DNA from: Ramazzottius varieornatus
Lineage: Eukaryota > Animalia > Tardigrada
Direction: 5' to 3'
NCBI GenBank assembly: GCA_001949185.1
Contig: BDGG01000004.1
Span: forward strand, 1,637,620 to 1,701,619
Length of the DNA stretch: 64,000 nucleotides
The notes beneath the pieces are model-generated. The model made no database searches, had not been told where the DNA came from, and saw nothing but the letters and a program-made list of their open reading frames with translations. The translations under genes and the position numbers were made by a program. Shown here piece after piece: positions 50,889 through 64,000 of the stretch (position 1 is the first letter of the stretch; every line of letters starts with the position of its first letter).

Positions 50889-53704
50889 CAGGGATGAGCA
50901 GTTATGAGAACTGGAACATTTCGCTTCGCTACCGCTTTGCTTCGATCTTACTTCCCGCTTTAGTTTCGCTATGAATTTTCGAAGGTCGCTTTCCGCTATG
51001 GACCGCTATAGAAATATTTTTGAAAATATTAATTTTTACTGGAAACATTTTGCAGCAGGCTTGCTCTTCGCGATTAGATCAAGAAGGTATTGATTGACAT
51101 TACAAAATAATAGTCTCTCGAAATTCAGATCATTGGTACGAAGTCTAATCTCATTAAGAATCCTTCCCGAAATACTGAAAATTCGCTCGATACCAGCGGG
51201 AGTCGCAGGCGCACATAAAATTTGCTTAGCTATCACACACATCCTCTTGAAAATATCTTTGCGTTCCTTTCATCCGATAGAAGTTCAAAGGGTTCTCGCC
51301 GCTCCAGTCGTTGTTCAGATAGAGCTCATATTCTGCTTCAGCTGTAATCGCTGGACTCTGCTTAGTCTTGGCCAGAGGGACTTCGTCTTCCATAAAGCTG
51401 AACAATTCCGATCCTCCTTCGGCTTTCTTCGACGCACTGAAAGAACAAACCAGCCTAGTGAATATACGCAAATTTCGGTATTGTCTCGTAGTGATATATT
51501 TATCTATTTTTTAATATTTGGAAATCAAAGCATACCTTCTGCTGCTGCTTGCCAGAGGAGTGGTATCGCAAGGTCCTGCTAACTTCACTTCTCGCATCAT
51601 ACGCAGAATGACCTCCCGGGATCTGTTTTCGGTTTCGATAGCTCTCTTTGATCCTCTGCAAAAACGTAGCTTGAAAGAATGATCTAAGAACGAAGCCGCC
51701 AAGTACAAGTCATCTTCCTTCAGTTTGACGAACGGTTCTTCGAGAAGTAGCTCCAAGGTGAAGGCTTCCAGCAACAGGTACTCTCCAGCAGCCACTAAAT
51801 TGTGCAAATGCACCCGAAGACCGTACAAAATAGGCAAGACCTGACAGATGGCCGGTATGCTAAAACGTTGCAATTTCAGAAAGGCCGTTTGAAATGGCGC
51901 AGTTATTTTAACGAACTGTTTTAAGATGATTTCGTAATTAGGAGAAAGACGGTACTTCTTCTGAAGACCCACTTTGTCCCAGTCCATCTGCAACGCGCGC
52001 TCGGCCATGATGAAGTTGCTGTTCCAGCGAATGGCACAACGCGCTTTCAAGGCTCGTCCGAACTCTTTCTCCACAGCTTCTGTCATGCTCACGGAATACC
52101 GAATGCTCGAAACAATTGACGCCAGCGCTTCTACCGCTTTGTTGACCACTGCACACTTTTTCACGGGCTTTTTGACCACTAGCTGGAGTGAATGTGCCAC
52201 ACATCGAACCTACGAGAAAACCAAATAACACAAATGGTAACCCAACCGAGCAGAAATATTAAAAAAGTTTCGTGAAGCTCTAGAAAAGTATCGCACCAGA
52301 ATTTTTCTATCGGGAAGTAAAAAATATTTTTGGAGGAGAAGTTCTGCTACTTCATTAGCCAAGTTGTTGTCCACGTCGAGTGCCTCAGGATAGACGGGAT
52401 CGAACTCTTCGTCGTCGGCAGCCGCTTCTTCGAGTTCTTGAATATCTTCCTGATGGCTTCTCGTTGAAGTGAGTCATCATCTGCAACGAACAACGAGTAA
52501 TTGCAAGATACTTTTCCAGTCAGACAAGTGACTAAACTGTAGGAAAGTTTACATGGCGGTACCTGAGCTATCGGCAGGGATGTTGAATTCATAGAACTGC
52601 GGAAACCAGTCTTTAAATGCGCAAATGATATTGCTTCCATTGTCCGTACCCACGAAGAAGATCTTCGTTTGCAGACCGTAATCCGCAATCACCTCCACTG
52701 TCAAGCTGGCTTCGTCCAGACGGATCTGCTTGGGATGCTTCCGTCCCAGTCGCTTCTTCTTCGCCGAAGGAAAGCAATCGACGAGCGTACCATTGTCCGC
52801 TTTTCGTTTCGCTTCTTCCGACGATGCACAGAACGTTACCACCTCCTAGTACCAGCAATAAAATTGAAAACAAGGTTACGGGAATTCAATCCCAGCTATC
52901 CGGGTAAATATGATGGCTGTTAAAGTTCCGGAGGGGAACATTACCTAGTTTTTGTTGTGAAAAGTCAACACATGGCTTTTGAAGTTACTGTAGCCGTCCC
53001 GAGATGATATGTTCTTCTCAATCTTCTTTTCCTTCGGGCACAGACGATAGTTGGCGGAATGAACTACGTAGCTCTTGCTGTTCTTCGATTCTCTGGCGGT
53101 AACTAACGACGTGAAAAAGGTGGAGTAGAACTCTTTCGCCTTTCGGTCGCGGTCTCCACTCGATGCTTCCGACGCTTCCACATCGTCATCTTCGTCGATG
53201 ACAATCTCCCTAGCGGCCATCCTTCAGCAGTTCTCTCGAAAATCAACCAAACCTCTTGTACACTTCGCACAGCCGATGGTACAAGTTTTCATGGAAGAGC
53301 GAAAGTCAAGATTTCATCAGAAGATGCGTTAGACAACTAAAGTTAAGAGATTAGTCGCCCTCTTGCGACAACTTGTGCTGTATGGTGTGCTTGATTTTGC
53401 AATCGCTTAGTCATCTCTCACTCGAAGGTTTACATGGGTGGTTGTCCTCTAAGAACTATATGCATTTGGAACGATAATCACTCGTTCAACTCTGAAAAAA
53501 CTGTGACTTTTTACATTCACCATAGCGGAATTCGGCTTTCCGCTCCGCTTTGGTCGTTTTTCCGCTTTCGTTGTTTTCTACGGATTCCGCTTCGCCACGT
53601 CCAGTTTTGACCAAAGATCTGTCCGCTATAGTTTCGCCACAAAGCGAAGCGGAGCGGATAGCGACCAGCAAAACGCTATGCCGCTCCGAAACTGCTCATC
53701 CCTG
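50889..53704. mobile_element. hAT superfamily DNA transposon, 2816 bp
   Basis: 15-bp TIR CAGGGATGAGCAGTT; perfect 8-bp TSD CATCAAAC (50881-50888, 53705-53712); subterminal TCCGCT/TTCGCT repeats at both ends. Confidence 0.95.
51036..53220 (-). pseudogene. hAT transposase, degenerate
   Basis: Damaged BED finger (ANYRLC...SNFKSH..TFH), GTDNGSNI, AHSLQL, IRWNS, ASFLDHSFK, dimerisation domain ILCAPATPAGIERIFS; frameshifts and deletions. Confidence 0.88.
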
Positions 53705-55863
53705 CATCAAACCCAGAAATAACAGGTTTTAAACGTTCCTGGTTTCCTGTTTCAAGGGTCCCTGGTAAGCAACCTCATTTGTAACAATGTACCCTATGGA
53801 GTAGCATTCCCTCCAATCTCCGCCACACATCGTTAGCCAGTGCAATTCTGGCCAGCTAGGAGGACTCTATGACAGCAGTATAACGAAAATGATAGAAGAC
53901 ATCAGTTCGACGTTCGCCGTTACCGAAATTACCTACGGCGGTGCTGAAGGGTATAGAATGCATCCATACTAGCTCGAAAACTCAACTGGCAGTTGTATCC
54001 GCAGTTGTAACCACAGCATGCTTGTCTGGCTTGCCAACCAATATGCTATTCCAAATTTTGAGCCGGTTGGGATGCATTTTGAACACTGTACAGTAACCCG
54101 CGGCGATTGAAGAATAGTAAATCCTCTCGAAACTTGTACTGCACGGATTACGCACAGTCGCAGTATTTCGGTAGTCTTCTGTCAGGTGCCATAAGACAAG
54201 GTTCAGTGCGGGACGATACGCACTATGGCAAACATGTGGTTATACGTATCACAGCTTTGTGACTCGACTACCAGCGCGGCTTCGATTTATTGATCGCACC
54301 AAAATTTTCGACACAATAGTGGCGTCGGGTCTCTCAGCCCACAACATCAACATTACCATAAAACCATGGTACTATTTTATATCCTTTTGGCTGGTAATCT
54401 GTGGTCTACATCGTCACGATCCGGGGCGATGGAATCGATAGGAAATGTTGAAAGTATTCCACTTGTCATGCGGCCGGTGGTTTTTCCTCTGATTTCGCTA
54501 CAGAGCAGTTCGTTATGTAGCTTCAGAAACGCGTTTGAACCGTGGACTGTACCGCTTGGTCAAACAGACCACTATGCAACCAGTTTTGCCTTTGGACTGA
54601 CTGAATGTGTTAAGTATCCATTATTTGATTCCTTTTTGTCCAGTGAATTTGGGGATACCCGAAAATTTTATGAGTTGTTCGTCTAGACAAAATTATGGCC
54701 ACCCTTGAGTTACCCAAAAAAAATTGCACTGTGATACATCACTGATCGTTGCACTTCCTGGTTTCGCGTTCGCATACTTCCAATCTATGTCAAGACATCT
54801 CTTGTATACTTGAACCCAATGGGAAAAAGTTTCATCTGCATTAACTACGCAACACCATGTCGCTGTCTGGAGTTACGCTATTTTCTGAACGCTTCCAAAA
54901 CTAGCGCTCAGCAGGAAGGGAGAAGCGAATGAGGAGTGCACTTCCTGCATTTACTTCAGAAGAGAACAAAGCTATGGCTGTGCATGAAGCAGAAAAGAGG
55001 TTGCATATCGTAATGTAATACTTTACGTAGTCTCGTGGTGTTTGGGAGGCGTTTTGTTTCACTTCGTTGAAACTGCCCGACATTAAGTCATTGCTGGCTC
55101 AGTTGACGGAAATAAATTGCGTTAACTCCAGGATCTTGAAAGAACTAATAAATTATACCAATAACAAGAAGAATTCTTAGTTTTTGTGTCATTAAATTTC
55201 CTGCCTCAAGTAACAAAGCAATCAACTAATCAAGTGTGGAGCAAAGTGTGATATAGGCTATATTGTTTCCCACCCCAGACTGACTTGCTAGCCTAACCCT
55301 GCTTGATCGTGACTGGTGACCTCATTACAAATCATTACAGTGTACGACAAAATAAACTGTTAAAAATGGGTGTTAAATGAAGCCAGATGGATATGGCCAA
55401 TGAAATTTGCGCATCCAGCAGATATAATTCCCGTTGGCTGAGCTGGAAATAAGCTTTAGCTGAAGTGTTACGCCCATTTTTAACGGTTAATTTTGTCGCA
55501 CACTGTATGTTTGACTTATTCTTCAGGTTTTTGTGTTCAACTTCATCTTCAACTCCATCGTCGTTTGCTGAAAATACTGGACCACTCAAGGACTGGACTA
55601 CTTGTAACTGGAGCTTCATATCGAGACACTGCCTGGAGAACTTAGGTGAGAGTTCTAGACAGTCAAGGACTAAAACATAAGCAGCGCTGCCGAGCAGCAA
55701 TAATGCTATGCCCAATAGGGAAAGTGCTCTGGAACCGGAAGTGGGTCTCGTCGTACCTACGCATGCAGTGGACAATGCTCGTCAGGAAACTGGATATTTT
55801 ACCGTAAGAATCTATAGAACTTCCAAGGCAGAGTTCGCGTTCATGGATCACTCGTAGTCTAAT

Positions 55864-57409
55864 CTATAAGTATGCTTTTACAGAATCCTCCCTCATCCAC
55901 TCCAGCAGTTCCGGTGTAAAGTACGTGATGATCACATCGGCACCCGCACGTCGCATTCCATGAAGTATCTCCAGGACAGCTGACCGAAGGTCGAAGGCAC
56001 TTGTCTGCGCGGCACTCTTGAGCATGGCGAACTCACCGGATACTTGGTACACGAAGAGCGGGTGGTTCGGGAACTTGTCCTTGAGAAGTCGGACAATGTC
56101 CAGGTAAGGTAAGCCCGGTTTCACCATGATCATGTCCACGCCTTCTTGAACATCTCTCTCGGTCGCGCGTAAGGCGAGTCCTCGACTGGCGGAAGGCAGC
56201 TGGTACGCTTGTCGGTCTCCGAACGCTGGACATGACTGTGCGGCATCGCTGATAAGAGAAAAGACTTCGGAGCGCAGTACTCTACAATGACTGTCAGTCT
56301 ATATTGCAGACACAAACCGAAAAGGACCGTAGAAGCAGGAAGCGAACTTCGCACTGTAGCTGAGAACCGATACCGAGTTCCCGTAATGGTTGTCCCGAAG
56401 AATTTTCTTGATTGCTCCCACTCTCCCATCCATCATGTCGGACGGGGCGATGATATGAGCTCCTGAATGACTGGTGAGTATCCAAGCGCGAGTGGTATTT
56501 GTGTCAATTGTACGAGTAAATCAAGGAACTTACCCGCTTTAGCATAAGCGAGACTGATCTCCGCGAGCCTCGAGATGCTGGCGTCGTTGTCAACAAGTCC
56601 GTTTTCCCGGAGAATCGCTAGACACCCAAACGCAGGTACGCGGCACTTCGATATGAGCAATGAGGCTTAGTAGTTTATACATATTGACAAGCTTTAATTA
56701 CTGTCGTTTCTTACCACAGTGGCCGTGGCTCGTGTACGGGCATAGGCACACATCACAAGCTACAACGAGTGGCGGGAAGGCTTTCCGAATTATTTTCACG
56801 GTCGTCACTATGGGACTGTTATCCATGCACGCTCCTGTACCGCGCCCATCCTACGACGTTTCGAAAGGTACGAACGTTTCTCCGGTCTTACTTGAGATCT
56901 TGCACGTACCTTCTTATGCTTGGCTATTACGCCAAATAACAGAATGGAGCTCAAGCCTTTCTTTACTAGGGGCTCCAACAATTCCACTACCCGGTTTGAT
57001 CCAACACGATGCTGGCCTTTCATCGATATGATCTCTTCGTTGCCATCCGGATCATCCCTATCCCAATAATCAAGCGGTCAGTCTGTAATACTAAATCATT
57101 TTTCAGGTTATGTGCTTTGAATTCGTCGTAGAGACAGCCGAATCCACCAAAGCGTTAGGCGGATTCGAAGATACCATTGTGTGTACAAGTACGCGGTGTT
57201 TCTACTGTGAATCGTTTTAGAGCGAGATCGGTAACTTACGTGATGAAAACTGGATACATGAGATGGCTGGCGGAAATGGCGTTGTTCGTGGCCTGCCATT
57301 GTCGCAGCACAGGATGGGAGTACCCGCTGTGCAAGATGGAATACAACTGCTCTTTCACTGTGGAGCTTGCTGGTTTTGCTTCCATCTCCGATGAATACGT
57401 GGTAGACAT
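55864..57409 (-). CDS. ALAD: Delta-aminolevulinic acid dehydratase (porphobilinogen synthase)
   Basis: [24 protein letters not shown] Zn site, [49 protein letters not shown]. Confidence 0.96.
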
Positions 57410-60400
57410 ATAGCAAATGACTTAAAAGGAGAACTTGCCGCAAAGATCAGAAGCTCGAACAAGAAGTGTCAAGAAGCGTAAGTAAAGCGTGGCAAAGTTC
57501 ACGCATGGGGACAATCTAACCCGATCTAGCTGATGTCCATCAGCACTGGTGGAGACAGGTGGCGTATCAGGTCGCATAATATTGTATTCTATGCTGTGGC
57601 AAATTCATGTTTGTTTTGCTGCAGGGTCCTCGTGTGCCGACGGCTTCTCCGAGGATTCGGTGGACGCGAAGGTGTGGAAGCTCTGATGCGGCTCAAGATT
57701 TCGACAAGAGTAGAAGCAGCAGAGGACTCGGCAAACGTGCAACCGCGAAAAAGGTGTTTACAACAACACGAAGACCGACGCAACATCAAGCCAAGGGACA
57801 TCCAGTCCCCGGGAACGTCTACAGTTCCGATGCTGCATTGGAGGTATAGTGCAACATTCAATGACGGTCATTCCTGTTGCTTTTACTTGAAAATCTTATC
57901 TGTTTGGGAGTATTTCTGGGACGCTTGGGAGAGTAGGGGAGACTTTGCTGTGCACAGTACTAGGAGCTTTATAAGAATCTTGTGAAGGACTCCGTGCGGC
58001 GGGAAGGAGGAAGTGCTTCTTTTGACCGGGTCTCAGTCTGTAATCGATTGGAGTAACAGTCCTGGCGAGCGAGAGAGTATCCTGAAAGGAAGGGCATTCT
58101 GAGAGCGGAAGCTGGAACGCTTTTCCGTTGAGGCGTTGCTGATCAGACGTGACGTTTTTTCTTTGAGTCGTCGTAAAGAGCAATGTCGTGCTGGTTTGCG
58201 GAAGAGCTTTTGGTGTTGCGGTTGCCTCGGAATTATCATTTTATCACTCGTCAAACAATGTTACGACACTGATAGATTACTTGTCACTTTTTCACGTGTA
58301 CGGAAGAGGCCAACCTCGACTGCGTTTGACGCCTCAGCCATTCGCGTAGTCGCTACCGTTGTACAAGATGAATGTAGCCGTTGGCGATTCTCCTCGTTGT
58401 GAATGCAACGACGTCAGCTTTGTTTATCTTTTGTGTCAATAAGATTGAGTGAGCATTCAATAGGCCTGATCGATGCAGATGGAATTTTCGAAATTTAAAT
58501 GAACATGAACTGGAGTTGGTAAATAAGGCACGCATACTGATAATGCTGCGTCTGAACGTGATCTCTGAAATGCGCCTTTAATCACGTTTCTTTTCTTTTT
58601 GATATACCTAGGAAGGTCATAGATTCGCACACCGTCCTTCACTTTTTTCTCCCGCCTTGGCCTGAACATTTGGGATTCAGGCAGATGACTGAAACCAGAT
58701 GGTATTCACAAGTGGCGCATACTCTCGTTTTTACTGGCTGAGAGCGTGCGCCACTTGTGAAAGCGAACGTGATAACGAACTGGTTCAACGCCTTAGATGG
58801 CTTACGAGTAGGCTTTGTTGTCTTTTAGCGCTCTCACCCGCGGTAATGTTTTCGCACGGCCATCGATTTATAGGAGTTTTCTGACGGTACGTATCGATGC
58901 GATATCAAAGCTCCATCTTTCAATGCGGATTAAGCGTTTCAACTTTTCCTGTCAAGGTTACACGATAATTGATATGACAAGGAAGGTGACAGACACGCAT
59001 GGGTCTATAGCGTACTGAATATGAATACGATAAGCTTCCCACCATCTGGTTGACCAGTCTGATGAGTTGTCCAGTTGGACGAGAATAGCCGTTGGCCGTA
59101 CATAAATGAATATTATCATGGTCGGATAAATTACGCTCACAGCTTCTGTTTCTCAGAAGTATTTTCTGCACGAAATATCGCTGCGTGTAACCTCTTGAAA
59201 AGCTAAACAGTAATCGGCCTGTACCCATACAGTGGCCATACGGCTACTTTGGCCTCGCGTGCTCGATGGGACACTGCATCTGCTCCTTCCTTCCACGATT
59301 AATGCTCCACAACATCTTTTGTTTGACTGGTCATATTTGCACTGCCAAGTTGCGGTTTGTCTGCCCATTGACAATTTACAACTGACATTTTTGTAGCGGC
59401 AAACCGGTTGCAAAACCGCAATGAAGTGCCCCTCACTCATTCATGAATATTTTCGAAAGCCCTTTTGAAATGTTAGTCTGTGGGCGCTGCAAATGGACAT
59501 TGACTGCCCTGCCTGCATAACTCTCATTTGGCTAATGTTTATTTCTTTTAAACATCAAATGGGTCAGTCCCAGACGATCCTGTAGCGCTTGTGTAAGTCA
59601 ACACTCGGTCGGGCTCGTCAATGTTTCTTTCTCGATATTGCTAAAAATACTACATAGCACAACAGAAAAACTTAGAAGAAAGCGAAGGTCTAATTTGAGT
59701 TTGACGATTGAAACTACACTGAGTCCCATATTTATCTGTCCACCCCCATCTTCGTTTCAAAACTTCATAACTTATTTCGCACTAACCCGATTTCGATATT
59801 TTGAACGTCTTTCTAGAGATCAGTGTTTGATCTTTACGACCACGTGACTTCCGTATGAATCAATCGGCAAATCAACTGGGAGCATCATCCTACGAACACC
59901 TAAAACTGTCTTGTTTTCGGCTCCGAGTTGCGGGTGTTAGCCAGCAGATCTGCTGGCTAGCAAAAATGGGGTTAGACAGATAATTATGGGGCTCAGTGTA
60001 TATGGGATATCGGCAAATAAATTGAACATGATGGCGCACACCCAAGTGGCGCACACAGCTAGCCGATGGTAATGAATATGTGCGCCTTTTGAGAAAGCGA
60101 TCGTCTGCAGCTTATTTGCCGACGTTCCATTTAATATTCTAGAAGCTGAACTCGCAGTGAAATTTTCCATTCTTGTGTTCATGCGTATTGGTGTTATTAT
60201 GTTCTGCCGCAGGAATCGACAGATTCTAGCATGCAGAGAGCTGTAAACTTTTATATATTGGTGCTCCTGGCGTCTAATGATGTCGTTCGTTCTTTGGAAT
60301 CGTTTGGTACAAATTGACCCCGAGAGTCTTGGTGTTTGATAGAAACTGTAGACGTACAGTATTTCACAGAAGCTTGATGGACTATAAATCAAAATTTAAC

Positions 60401-61069
60401 AGTTGGCGCTTTGCTTTATGTACAAGCAAGCTCTGATCTGCTATTCGGCGTGGGCGTGGCACTATCTTGCGGTTTGCCGCGCATCTCTCGACGGTTGAAT
60501 CTCTCGCCTCGTTCATCTCTACGAGTGAAGTAAACCCCTCGAATGAGCAGATAGTTTCGTTAGGAATTCGATTCTGTCTTCGTTTGGGCGTAAGCTCGCT
60601 TACTGTATATTCCTGCAGCGATTGAGGCGGCTTTCTGTATCTCAAATTGCCTCCCATTCTGGTCTAACTTTTGATGGACAGGCAATGATGACGACGAAGT
60701 TGTCGGCGTAATGGGACTTCACTCGTTTAAAACGATCAGGGATTTGAGGACACTGATGGATTTTTTTCCGGCAAACATCACGTCGAACTTTTGCGTAAAC
60801 GCTCCTGGGATACCTTTATCGCTTTGCGAAACGGGATGATGTGATGGGTTCGCTCGTGCAGAACGGCTATAATGAGATGTCGCAATAGCAGCAGCTCTTT
60901 ATGTATTGAACTTTTTCTAACGGATGTTGCACCTGGGAATCTCTCACTAGTGATTCATTCCGGCCCGGCTGTTAATCTTTCCACCTTCACTTACGACATT
61001 GTGATATCGAGTCACCGGTCCGTCAAGCGACATATGCGCCGTTATGATATTAGGCTATAGCTGACCGTG

Positions 61070-64000
61070 ATGACTTCGAGGCGTGAAACCATTTTAAACC
61101 AGACGATGCGGAAGAACTACCTCGGTGATGATTCAGCTGATACCTTATCTAGACGGCTCGCGCGGCAAAGAACAGCTCACCAGCATCGTTTGTTGTCCTA
61201 TTGTCTCAAGTCCAATTTGAACAATGAACAGTGGACATCAGCCGTCAACAATGTCGCTCCGGCATCCTCCAACGCGACGGAGCCGGTGGAAAAATCGGAA
61301 TGCTTTGCACATCTCAGTGAATGTCTAATGGGTGGTGTTATTGCTCGCAAGAAAATTACGACCGGCATCAACGCCTACAAGATGCAAGACTACAAAGCGG
61401 CATACCAAAGCTGGCTCGCTGCAAGCAGGCTTTGTGATAATCGGGAGCTATTTTATACCCTTAATTACCTGATCTCGTTATCCTTTGACTTTGGCAATTT
61501 TCGGAAAATGCTGGGCTATGCCGTCCACCAGTTTCAGATTGCGCGCTTCCTCGGCGAACGCAACTTGATCGCCGAGGCGTACTTGAACCTGCTGACAGCC
61601 CGTGGACTATTGTGCAACTGGGAGCTCTGTTTATCTTATTGCAAAAGCTGCTTAAATTATTTGGATGTAGACAAAGCTGGCTACGTTTATGTAAGACGTG
61701 TTCACTTTCACAGGATCACGACCTTCACTAACTAACCTTTGGGAACAAAATGATGAGATATACAACATATCACGTCAATTTATGTTGGATTATTCGTAAA
61801 CCAGTATCGCCAGAATACTAGTAGAAGAAAGGCCAGTATCTTTTCGGTTTCGGTTTTGCAGATGAGTGTCGCGTGTGCGTACCTGGAGTTGAACAGATTC
61901 AGCGAAGCAGCCGGCTTCCTGAAGCTAACCTGCGATGCCTGCAACCAACAGAAGAACTACGGATTACTGGTGCAGGCGCTGGTCGCTTGCTCTGGACTGT
62001 TTTTCAGCCTGAAGTCCTACCCGGAAGCCAAAGAGTTCGCCACGCGCGCTGTGGAGCTAGCAGGGACCATCTTCAGCATCAATCCCGGAAGTGCACGCTA
62101 TCGACGCTGTGCAGTGCACTTGATCCCCATACAGGTTGTGTAACCGGTTGTAAACTGTCAATCGCGCTCTTTTCCCCATCGTCAAGTTCCTGTTTCGTAA
62201 TTTCAATCGATGCTATCTCTTTTCCAGATCAAACTGAGGCAGCTAGACGAAGCCATGCAGCTGTGTGAGGTAAGGCTTTCCTAGTCTCACCGATACCGCA
62301 CATGTAAACTGGATCTCGAGGCATTCGCGAGAGAAAGTAGCTTCCGTTTGGTGCGTTGATGGACCAGCTACGGGCGCTCGTATCCACTTAGAATTTGATC
62401 GACCGAAGGATATTTGAAACTGTACCGTAATTGGCTTGATGGTTTAGGAAGTTAGTCTTAAGCTGTTGAGCTCTGCGGAGTCTGAACAAAAGCCCGGACC
62501 ACGGACTGATTACCTCCTAAGAGACCGCTGGCGGTACTTCAGCCCTTCGCCGGATTGCAGGGCGAGGATGAAATTTCATCCTCAAATACATACAAGCACT
62601 TACTTGAAACCCAAAACTCCCTTGCTGCCACAAATTACTTTTTGAAAAAGGCAAAAACGAGAGAGGTTTGACCGACTGACTTTTTCGTTTACATTTTCCG
62701 AAAAAAAATAGTTCAACAAGAAAATTGAATTAGTGCGTTTGGCTTCTGATAAGCCGGTAAATTCTTTCCTTCCAATCGTCAGCGTAACGAGGGACAGCTG
62801 TGGGGCGGAACCGTTCCCTTTTGCCACCTTGAGTCCGATTGTGCTGATACTAAGCTTAGGGAAGGAAGATTGATGGGCTGTTTGGATCGCTGATGAATTG
62901 AAAGTGGCATTGGCATTCCGCCTCAACGTTCAAACGCATCGAATTCGAAGCGATCAATACTTAAGTCGAGATGCGTTCAAGCTGATATTACGAAGATGCT
63001 GAATGCATGACGATGTAGGTAAAGTACCACTCCGCTCCACTCGGAAGCAAGATATTGGTGATGTGAACCAAGTGGTGGGGCGTATCGTCCACTAACGAGC
63101 ATCATGACGACATAAAGCTTAATTTTGTGATAGGAACCCTCATAAACGCGAGCACAATCAGCAAATGGTTGGATGAGGACTTTGATATCTTCGTGTGTTT
63201 GTTTCAGGAAGCCGTCAGGAGCGCACTCGAGTACCACGACGTTTATGTCCAAGCCAAGTGTCTACTGTACTTTGCTGACATCTCCCGTCTGAGGTCGGAT
63301 CATGAAGTAAGCATGAGCCAGGCCTCCATCATGAAATTTCAGTGTTCGGATTCTGGATGAATATTGTTTTAACTATTTCAGAGTTCATGTAATGGTACCT
63401 TTGGATCTTCGATCGCTGTGCATCAAGACAATACCTTGAATACTACTTCTCTCTTGTAGGTTGCCTACCAAAGCTACCAGGCTTCGCTGGACAGTGGTTA
63501 TCCTCAGCTTCGGCTTCGGGCCCTCTTCGGGATTGGAAAATCAGTGTTAAAAACGCGACCACTGGACGGAAACCAAGACATCGCACAAACCAAAGTACCG
63601 AAAAAGTTTTTCCATGGTAGAGTTATGGTCCTTATAGGCTTTTCGTTTTATAGGCTTTGAATTACTATCAGGAGGCACTGGAACTCGCGACTTCTTTGGG
63701 ATGCAAGGTAAGAGCCGCTGGAAGTAAGACGGAAGTTAAAACCCTTCCTCGGACTGACCGATGGTTAACATCGTTGGCATATCTGTGACAGTCGATGATT
63801 GACAGTTCTAAGATATAAAGGAAGTCATGGTCAATATAAGCACCGCAGGCTGTCCGATACTTGGTAGTTAAACATGGACAGAAGCGGAATAACGTCAAAC
63901 TGAAGCTTCTGGTTTATTTCATGTAGCTCGACGTGCTACGCTGTTACCGGCGGATGGCTAAACTTCATCTGCCGACGGCAGAGGATTCCGTCAGTCCTCT
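61070..64000 (+). CDS. RAPSN: Rapsyn-like TPR protein (43 kDa receptor-associated protein of the synapse), 3' end outside the window
   Basis: MGGVIARKKITTGINAY, DFGNFRKMLGYAVHQFQIA, AEAYLNL, CEEAVRSALEYHDVYVQAKCLLYFADI, ALELATSLGCKLDVLRC; start could be 61070 or 61328. Confidence 0.8.

Noticed and set aside
55335-55775. 146-aa ORF with a hydrophobic stretch
   Set aside because: Starts from a non-ATG codon in the probable ALAD 3' UTR and has no family motif

Overview
Eukaryotic (invertebrate animal-like) genomic DNA with compact multi-exon genes and mostly ~50-90 bp GT-AG introns, so the ORF track shows only exon fragments. Host genes in order: METTL25-like (-, runs off the window start), ZPR1 (+), TMEM45 (-), ApoD-like lipocalin 1 (+), BPHL-like hydrolase (-), FAF1-like UBX protein (+), ApoD-like lipocalin 2 (+), BORCS5 (-), two tandem CPT1 paralogues (+), an NGF-family neurotrophin (-), MCM5 (-), ALAD (-) and rapsyn-like (+, runs off the end). 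Transposons lie between them: a TIR element (1520-7552) with a nested DIRS/Ngaro tyrosine-recombinase retroelement, a PIF/Harbinger nested in the end of a relative, a hAT, several MITE-like foldbacks, and a 5.96 kb TIR element (29586-35542). Main candidate novelty: this last element encodes a spliced Mutator-like transposase plus a convergent spliced gene for an MRG15/MSL3-type chromo-barrel (Tudor-knot) protein, and both copies of its TIR family sit about 125-140 bp upstream of a housekeeping start codon. Second: CPT1 copy B carries substitutions at the mammalian A478, P479 and M593 positions, predicting loss of malonyl-CoA inhibition. All calls come from manual reading and motif recall; no database searches were run.
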